From assembly GCA_040285825.1 (NCBI GenBank), contig JAUPSS010000007.1:2454689-2518688 (forward strand): a DNA stretch of 64,000 nucleotides, in the 5' to 3' direction. The stretch is from Eukaryota sp. TZLM1-RC. Taxonomy: Eukaryota; Protista; Metamonada: BaSk clade. Under the pieces are notes generated by a model. The model was not told the origin of the DNA. It worked only from the letters and a program-made list of their open reading frames with translations, and did not search any database. The first letter of the stretch is position 1, and every line of letters starts with the position of its first letter. Below, one piece after another: positions 36,601 to 46,389 of this stretch. The translations under genes and the position numbers were made by a program.

Positions 36601-39600
36601 TTGATTAAGTAAATGATCTGTGGTTGACAGCACCGACAGGAGATATTCGGCATCGACTGATGAGTCTAAAGGTATACTTAAACTTGAACTTAGTAGGGAA
36701 GCATACACGGAAGCTGATTGCTTGAGTTGCTCGAATGTTTCACGGTGATTTAGTATCCATATTAAACAGGATAAATCGTTTTCAAAACTACCTTGTAATG
36801 AATCCTTGATGTTGGTGCAGAGCTTAATCGCTAAATGACCAAAGTTATAAATGATAGTGCTAAAAGAAGACGCTTTTTGCTGGAAAAGTTCAGAAAAATG
36901 AAATTCTATTTGGGAGGAAACATCATCTACATTTACCTCAAAAGGAAAACAAAGAACAACTTCATGTTTGGTTTGCAAGAAATCACCAACTTGAGAGCAT
37001 CTGCTGATGAGACCCAAGTAATCAATAATTAAATCTAAATTTTGGGTTTCTTCATCAATTTTGACAGTACAAAGCGTATTGATAATATCAACATGATTGA
37101 AAAAAGACCTCAACTTTGCGTCTAACTGAGAAACGCAATCGTGAAGACTTTCAATAACATTACGAATGGCTTCACATTCAAGTAAATGCGAAATAGACTT
37201 GGCAGAAACTTTGGGAAGTAATTCGAATTCTGAATAAATAAAGTTGAGATGATTAAACAAACCACTCGAAAGTTGTGAAATAGAGTGTTCTAATAAAAGG
37301 GAAAATTTTGCACGATTTTGAGTAAAGATCAATCGAGTTTTGATGGGCCGTAGAGTAAAATGTTCTAAAATTTTGAAATTTTCAGAGGGTTCTAGAAAAG
37401 AGCTCAACACACGTGTTAAAAGTTCCTTACAAGTACTATCCAAACTTCCAGCAAGAGAACATAACACGTCTGAAGGTGAATTGGTAATTGAATTATCAAC
37501 ATTTCCTGAACTTAACCGAATTTCATTAATTAAACTGGTTAACTTTCCCTTGAACTGTTCCCAAGAACAGTTTTGCTTCAATAAATGTTCTAGTTGGCAG
37601 ATAGCAAGTTCAGCACTATTAATTTTCCCCAAACCGTCACACGCTTTGTTATAGAGTCCAAGGCAGAGCTGGGAAAACTTCAAAACATTGGATCTCTGCA
37701 AATTGAGTAAGGTAACTTGGGTATTGTTGGTACAATTCTGATCATTTGTGAAATACTTTGCATATTTTCTAAAGCGTGCTATTTCGTTTCTACAATAGTG
37801 CAAAACATAGTCTGAATCTTTGGCTGTTTTGATAATGGAAAATGCAGTTTCTGAAACTTTCAAAGAATTTTGTAATTGATTGATGACATTGATTGGATTT
37901 TGAATGTTTGGAAAACTAAAACAATTCAATATGTCATCCAAAAAAGCCTTGAGAACTGGAGTTTCAGAAACAACTTCAGTGTGATAAACATGATTTAAGA
38001 GGTCAACATTAGATATTAACAGAAAATCGCTCAGAGAAAATGGACTTTCTAAAGTGATTAGAGTGTTTCTATTTTTAGAGCACAATTGTAGTGGAGGTAA
38101 AGTTGAGATATAACCATTATGGCATAGTTTTTTAAGTCTACCTAAAACAAATTTGATCATTTCCTTTTCAAAAAAGGATAAAGATTTTGTGAAATTTAAA
38201 AGATTATTTCGGTAACCACAAAAATCAATATGATGTTTGAAACTTTCCCCAAAAATCAGAATTAATTGATCAGTGAACCCCTCTACTCTTTTCCTTAAGG
38301 CTTTCATATGCTGAAACAAAACATTTAGATAACAATTTCCCTTATTTTCATAGAGATTTTGCGTTGATTCTGGAAATGGATTCTTTTTAAATTGTGGTGA
38401 ATGATATAGTTTCAAAGTATTGTCCATTTTGGTTAAAAACTTTGTCAATTGGTCCAACTCATCCCTTAATTGATTGTCTAATTTAAGATTATGTTTTCGA
38501 AGAGCTTTTCTTACAGAGTTATTCGAAAACAGTGGGGAAATTTGTCCCAAAACATTGAAAGTAGTCGAAATTGACTCCGAATTATCCAAAATTTGATGAA
38601 TTGAATCAATAATATCTGAATGAATCATCTCAATACCTTTGTTGAATGATTCAATTGCAGATAAAGTAGTATTAAAGTTTAAAGAACTAAATTCAAAAGA
38701 AAATGATCTAGATAGATTGTAAAAAGAATCCTTTAACAAACGTCGATAGTCTTCTTGTTTAGTCTGATTTTCAACAAATTCCTTTTTACACACCAACTTA
38801 ATCAAGCAATTATACTGGCAATAGACAGAGTGTAATTGTAAAACTCTTTCTTTAACAGATTTAATTTCCCTTGCAATACTTTCTATCAAGTATTTCCCGT
38901 TTTCATCAGAAAGGTAAACCGTTTCAATATTAGAAAGTATGACGTTAAATTGTTTGACAAAGGATATTACAAAATCCTTAAACTGTTCAAACTCAGCAAA
39001 ACTTAAACAAAAAGGACTTCTATAAGAAGGATTGATATCAAAGCAAATGTTGAACACATCAACAATAAAAACCCTGATAAACTTGATAACTCGAGATTTG
39101 TGGAATTTGAATACACTACTACTATTCAATATCCGGGAAAAGGTCTCAATATATTCAAGAATATCATTCAAACTAATAAATTCCTCTATTTTTTCAAACT
39201 TTAATGAATTAAGAAAACGACACCATGACTTCAGCTTGAGTAAATGGTTCTTCAACCAAGCTTCTTCTAGTTGACCTTTTAAAAAAAGATTAGAATTTAA
39301 ACGATGAATCAGGACTGAATAACTTGGTTCATTTTCAGATATTAAATCTTCTAATTTTTGACACAACTCATTCCAAAATTGAATCTCTTCAGAGCAATTA
39401 CTATTGGCTAAATCTTTATCAATCTGTCTAATTCTGTTCAACTCCGCAATCCACCCCTCCACGACTTGTTCCAAAACTGGTTCGAAATCTTTGGGGAGAG
39501 GTGGCAAGGAGATGGGAGGAACAGAGGAAGGGTGTAGTTGACACTGAATTGAATGATATAGAGTGGAAATTTGGTGTTTCAGCTGAGGAGAAAGGTTGTA

Positions 39601-39909
39601 AAGCGAGCTTTGTGAGAGGAGGGATTTGAGCTCTGACAGGTCAAGTAAGGAAGCCTCAAGTTGTGAATCTAAAGGAGAGGAAAGGTTTAGGGATTGAGAG
39701 GTTTTGGAGAAACAAACGTAAGAAGAAGTGGGAGGGGGAGGATTGGTAGTGATAGAGGACTCTGAGATGTACAGCCTAGTATCTGGGTTATGGATGAAAT
39801 CATGAAGGGCCTCACTACTGCTTTCAGAGGAAATGATGTTCAGAAGTTTGCTGTTGTCACAGAGAAGTTTAGAGGAAGTAATAGATGCTAGATAAGCACA
39901 GAGGTCCAT
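27679..39909 (-). CDS. Cytoplasmic dynein-1-type heavy chain (divergent, intronless, 4076 aa)
   Basis: AAA1 [40 protein letters not shown], AAA2 [8 protein letters not shown], AAA3 [27 protein letters not shown], AAA4 [14 protein letters not shown], plus stalk and MTBD. Confidence 0.92.
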   Translation of the reverse strand: [4076 protein letters not shown]

Positions 39910-39959
39910 CCTGATGCAGGGAAAAAAGGTGGATTACCTTTAAACTATCTTTCATGAAA

Positions 39960-40560
39960 AGAATTTCAGATTCCTTTTCAGAGCCTTTGCTATCGAAATT
40001 AATTCTTGATGACCCTAATAATGATAGTACGCTTCAACAGAGCTTCTATGTGTCTGACAAGAAGTGATCTGGTTGTTCCCGGCTTTATTTGTAGTTTTAC
40101 TATTTGAGACGCTATGTCTATTGACCCTTGTAATTCTTCTAACGAAAATTTGATTAACTCGGATGTAAATAATCCTCTTCTTGCAGGCGGACAATACAAA
40201 ATTGATAAATACGTGAAACCTATTTTGTCTGTCAATGACAATTCTCATGTCCAATATAATGTCCTTTTGTTTGTTCCTTGCTTGGACCTTTAGGTAAGGC
40301 TGCTATGGATGTCCTCAAGGGTTTTGATGTAGTTGTAAAGGAAAGAACTGGAAGAATTGTCAATCGTGTATACTGGCAAAACAGGATTGGATTTTCTATG
40401 CTTATGGGAATTGTGAAATTAATTTCTGATTCACTTTCTTCTTGGGGCAAATGTTCTGAATTTTTAGTGATTTATTGTTTTGATGTAGAGAAGGCGAATT
40501 TTTAGGAAGTGGAGTTGTAGTTTTGTATTTCTTGATTTTTGATTTTTCACTAGATAAATA
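39960..40560 (+). mobile_element. CRE-like retrotransposon 3' fragment, family A
   Basis: LGKAAMDVLKGFDVVVKERTGRIVNRVYWQNRIG is homologous to 7594-8150. It ends EVEL* followed by an A-rich signal. Confidence 0.8.
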
Positions 40561-42828
40561 AGTAGTCAAAAGAATCTGGGTGTTTAATCATTGACAAGGA
40601 CAATTCTTCCTTAAAAAGGAAAAGAGTCGGCTGAATAGATACGAGCTGATCAATAGTTGGGTATAGCTAAATTTGTTAATTGGACGTGAATTTGAACAGA
40701 GTCAATGAATCCAATTTAGAACTGCATTTCATCAGTATGAACCCAATAGTGCAGAAATTCCATTTTCATTATCGTTATTGGTTTGTGCTACCACTGGCTT
40801 TTCTACTTTTGCTTTTCCAATGTTTTCAGTATTCATTTCTATAAATCGATAGTGTTTAATGCTCTATTTGTCATGAAAACTTCATGGGCATATTTGTGGC
40901 GAATTTTTTATGGTTATTCAATTGTTTTTGCCAGTTCAGCTGACTATATAGATAAATAGTTCATATCTTAACAGTGTTTTTATAAACACACTGCACAATT
41001 TGCCTCTCTTTGGAAAAAAATTAATGATTTAATTTAATTAACTTCCTATACTTCATTAGTCTTTGTTCGTATGTTGCTACTTGCTCTGAAAATACGCCAG
41101 AAAGAAGTTTAATTCACTAAGAATTTGTTAAAATTTGGAGTTTAATTTGGTTGTCAAATTTAGACAACATCTCATCTAAATCTAATCTAATCCTATCTTA
41201 TGTTATCTTCAAGGGCCAAATATCATGAATAGGGTGCTCAATAAAATTTTGCCTTAAATCAATATAAATGGCCTTAAACATATTGGGCTTGACATAATGG
41301 TGAACCATAATCCGGTTATGTACATGCTGAAATTCTAAAACTGACTCAACTATCCAAAGGCGGAGTTTTCTCAGTCTATAAGATGATAGGGGTTATTTAG
41401 CCTGTAGCTTAATTGAAAAAAACAACCCGCCTAAACAAGTTAAATTGAGGTAAATTAATTAAAGCACCAAAATAATCACCGTAACAATTTTCTGTTATTT
41501 GAAAAACAAGTGAGAACAGTCTTGTGTAAAAAGCCAATTAGCACTGTATACAAAACAGAACAGAATACAACCCCATGACTCATACTACCGCCACCTTATT
41601 TGTTGAAGTCGAAATGTGTTTTGTTTCCAACTAACGAATTCATGAGTGTCACCAAGATGTAACTGATTTCTCTGAAACAGAAACAGTGTTTATTGTGGAA
41701 AAAAATTTATTAGTATTTTGATACGTGGATCCAAACAAAACAATTTGAATACAAATATTCAATCTCATTTAAGCGCACAAAATATGGGTGGTTTAGGGTT
41801 TATTCATTTGGTTCAAGCTCCACATAAATTTTATTCAGTTTCATTGTAAAACACAATAAGTGACCTGATTTACCAAATTTAAGTGACCATTTCACAATTT
41901 TACTATCATGTTTATAAGTTGATGTCATTCAATCATCAACAAATATTGCTGTTGACGTTACCAACGGTGGAGGTTATAGCAATAGTGAAAGTATTGCTTT
42001 CGCAATGCTTATTCTGATAAAATTTTCCAATATTCAATGAATAAATTTCAATTACTCAAATTGTGCCTTTGGTTTTTCACTATTTATGGGGGGCTTTACA
42101 CTGAAATGAAAGTAATGTTTGGACAATTGTGATGAAATGAGTTAGCAGACGAAATTGGTTGCATCATTTTGAAGAATCGCCTTAAGTGCCATAGTGATGA
42201 GAATTATATTCTTGAAAACGGAAGAAAAGAATGGCAGTGTTGGTAGGTAGGGTTAAAAGTATGAGGAAAATGAAAACCTCACAAAACTAAGTTGAGGGTC
42301 AAATGCCTGGCAGAATAGGCAGTTAGAAATCGAAGATATGATGACAATTGTTGCATTTAATAGGTATCTCTCAACATGGCAGACGGTACTCCAGTATCGC
42401 TCAACTGTCAAATGTGTGATGACCTTCGAGTTTCATATATAGGTAAAATCAGCTATAAAACATCAAGGTACAAAATCAAATTAGTATGAACATCATGAAT
42501 TATGTAAATGTTATCCAAGACACACAAAGGTACTCTGTTACTTCAATATTGCAAATTGAAATAATGTATATGATTGGAGATGCTGACAATACCAAGATCA
42601 ATCAACTACAGCTTTTATCCATTGGTGTTTTCTATTGTCTTTTGTACATTACGGTGTTGTTTATTTTCATCATGAACGTTTTATTTTAACCATAAAAATA
42701 AAAGTATAGACAGACGTGAATCTTTTGTATGTGTTGCTGGCAAAGAAAACTTAATATATCGATTTAAAAAACACAAAATCAAAAAACAATTACAAATTGC
42801 AGTAAAATTACAAACTACATCAATTGGA

Positions 42829-45815
42829 TTATTTAAAGAGCTGGTTCCAAGTCTGTTTCAATTTTGGTTTTCTCAACTTTACATTGAACAAATCATTTTC
42901 CAGAAGATGTTGTAAAAACTTTGCTGAGTTGCTTCTTTGTTGGTTAACTGGAACTTTTTTGTCAAGCGAAACAGAAAACACCAATTCAAGATTCTTCAAA
43001 ACCATCGTAAACAATTGAACTAATGGACCAAATTGATGGCTACAATCCCATCGATGCACATCGAAAAAAAATGGTATGAAAGCTTCACAACAGCGAAGGA
43101 AATCAGTCTTGGTTAATCCCGCTGTCTCAAAAAGTTCAACATTGAAGTTCTTGCGAAGGATATAATTTTCAAGAGCAAAAAGAACATTATCGGGCTCGCC
43201 ACTACACGACGTACAAAATTCGGAAAAGCGATCAAGTAAGGATCTGCACTGATCTACGGCAAAATTACGGCCTGATCCCTCAAAAGTAGGCGGACAATTT
43301 TTCAATATTAATAAACCAGTGGAGATAACCTCCTGCAATTGATCGTGAAGTGATATAACCGGGGCAATGCCAATTTTGAATGACGCTTTATCACCTTCAA
43401 AGGACCAATCGGTAAGTTTAGGTAAGAATTTAGTTTTCGTTAATTCGGGGGGAAGCAAGGCCAAAACATTAGGCAGCTGATCATATGTTGAATTAATCAC
43501 AACCAACTGAGGACCAAAATGCACATCCCCAAGATATTCCTTTCTAAAAATAGAATCCTTTAAAACAAATCGTTCCAAAACAAAAAGTGCTGATAACGTT
43601 GTGAGTCTTGCTTTCCCAGATTTAGCATTGTAGGGTACAGGGCAAGAAACATCGCTTGGTATTAAACAATACAATCCAATCGACTTACATAAATTGGATT
43701 TGGAATCAGCTGGATCAGGAGGCAAATGACAAACATCAACATTAAGCAAACGAGAATGGTAAAGAACATCTGCATCGTTACTTACTGCTTTGGAATTGAG
43801 ATTAACAAAATAATAATTATCAGTTTTCTCCACTGCCTTTTGACGAGCGATTAATTCATCTATCTCTGGTTGAGCTGATGGAATTGTACATTGAACTGGT
43901 ACAGAGTTTTCTGTTTGCAAGTTATACTTTTTCATCAATAACCACATGCTAAAACAAGTAGTTACATCTTCAGAGCATGGGCTAAGAGGATAACTATCAC
44001 AATACCCGTACACTGGCAAGGAAGAACACACTTTGGGATCATAAAGGGAAAGATTAGGTCCAAATAATTGGCAAAATTCATTATTTGCAGAATCATATTG
44101 ATTACCAAAGTCAACAAATCCACAAAGTTTTTCCAAGCAAAAGAACTCACCAACTTGGGAAATGGGACAGTCTTTGCCCATGAAAAACTTTGTAATTGCT
44201 TCATTGGACAACAGAGCTTCTAGTAATGGATTAATTTCTCTATTAAAATCAGTGGAGAGTTCAACAATACTAGTATCCGTGGCGAACGTAATGGTATCCA
44301 AAAGTGTGGTTGTTGAACAAGCATAAACAGCTACAATAGGATTCTCGAGATTGATGGAGTTGATAAGGTTGTTGAGAGCATCATTTATATTTTCGTCATT
44401 GGAGTTACATTTGCAGACACTTACAGGATTCATTCCAGAGCACAACAGCTTATTGTTAATGCCGTCTGCCAAAATGGAGCAATAAGAGGTGATAATTGGA
44501 TCAACAAAGTCGATACATGGTTCCACATTGAACACTGATTCATCCAAGGTGATCGTTTTGAATAAATCAAGGCTTAAAGGGTCATGGTCCACGATTTCAG
44601 CAAATGCGTAATAGGCAACTGTCAGATTATAAAGAGCAAACCTCTTGTGATTAGAGAATGCAAGAAACACGTCAGGAGCGTTACTGACACCAACTGTTCT
44701 AAAGACAGCAAAACAAACTATTCTACTGGCCAGCTGGGCCAATTCAAGAGGTTCAATGGTACCAGAACATTTGAGGTAAGAGTACGCATTGCGGAGATTA
44801 ATCTTGTCCAGATTCTTCACCTTACTAAATACTTTACATAGAAACTGAGTAAATAGAGAGATGGAGTTGAGCAAAAACTGTGGATCTTCAAATGAAGTTC
44901 TTGGTAATTGCTTCTGGTCATTCTTTACTTCATGAACATCACAACAGAACAATTTGAGCTCACGAAGAGCAGTGATAAAGCTCTTTGAATCTAGTCTGGG
45001 TAAGTAGGTTCTAAAAGGAGTCCTTCTCTCAGGAGAGGGGTCTTTCAAATCAAACCACCTACGGAAATACACACAAGGACTTTCCAAGGGCAATGGAACT
45101 GTTCCAATACCATATTGGTTCATTATGGAGTAGAGAAACGCAATCCAGTAGGCGTCAAGTGCAGCATAGTCTACTTGTTCTTGGGTTAGAGTCTCTGCAC
45201 TCCAATTTGACATTGTAGTGGATTCATCCCTGGGAAGTAGACAATTGAAACCATGTGCTGCAAATGTACAAGCAGGGTGGGACGGTTTACCAATCTGTTC
45301 CACCCCCTGACCTGTTCGATTTTGATAAAGTTTTCCCATGGCCCTGAAATAATCTTCAATATCGAAAACGGGGTCAACTTTAACCTTCCAAAACTGTTTG
45401 ATTCGTTTCAAATCCTCAGATTTGGCCTTAAAGACTTTCATGATTAATGAAGACGTAAGAAGTTCTTTCAAGTGACGGTTGAGAGACTTTTTTTGGTGAA
45501 TCTGTAGAACAACGCACATTGAAGGTGTGCCTAATTGAATGACATCAAGAAGATTATTACGCCATTCAGCATCCACCGATATAAATGGGTTAGTGCTGTC
45601 CATGCTGCTCTTGAGCATTTTAACAACATGGCTGATAAGATCTTTGTTATCTCTCATAGAGAGAAGGTATAGGGGAACGGGTTCAGCATCGTCTATGAAC
45701 TGAATCATTCTTGAGGGAGATAGACCAGACTCGAAAACAGTGTTTGTAATAAGATCATCTTCTGAATCTGAGGATAAGTAAAGCTGTGGTTACGACAATG
45801 CATAAATGATACCAT
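42829..45815 (-). CDS. WRN/EXD-type 3'-5' exonuclease domain protein (probable ATG-only first exon 45813-45815, intron 45784-45812; ~985 aa)
   Basis: ISVDAEW, VIQLGT, EDLKRI and TMSNWSAETLTQEQVDYAALDAY are DEDDy motifs. A 29-nt GT-AG intron extends the ORF in frame to an upstream ATG. Confidence 0.8.
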
Positions 45816-46389
45816 TGTGGAAAATGATCAAATTTTTGTTGATATCAAAACAAATTCACACGCAAAAATTGATTGATAATGATGATTGTTGTGGACAAGT
45901 GTCAGAAAAAACCATGTTTATTTGGATTTCTTTAGGAAAATTGTTTTTAATCTTTTGAGGGCAAAAATTGGTGATAAGGTGTTCATCATTGTCAATCCAC
46001 TCTATAAATAGTTTTTCAATCAACTTACCAGCCCTTGAAGTAACCTGACCTAAGGAGTGTGATTTATTGAGCTGTGTAACATCAGAAGAAGCACAAGATC
46101 AATGGAATGATTAGGTGAAAAATGGCGATTCCCTATCGCACAAAGAGGTAAATCAACATTAACATAACACTAATTGTGAGGAGATAGTGAAGCAATGTGT
46201 AGAATTTGTTCAACATTGTGTTGCATTTTCAGTGCAGTAATGGTGCAATTCTGCTTCCTCAGATCCAACGTCATTAATTGACTGCTATTCATTTATTCAG
46301 AATTCACCTCAAGAACACCAAAGACATTCGATTTCATTTGGACAAATTTCAAAAGAAAAAAGAAAAAAAAACAGTTTATACAGACATTT

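Noticed and set aside
40560-42800. 2.2-kb ORF-poor region as a hidden ncRNA locus or gene
   Set aside because: Only scraps are visible (an NMGGLGF retroelement-like fragment near 41780 and short tctaa repeats). I could not support any structure or gene.
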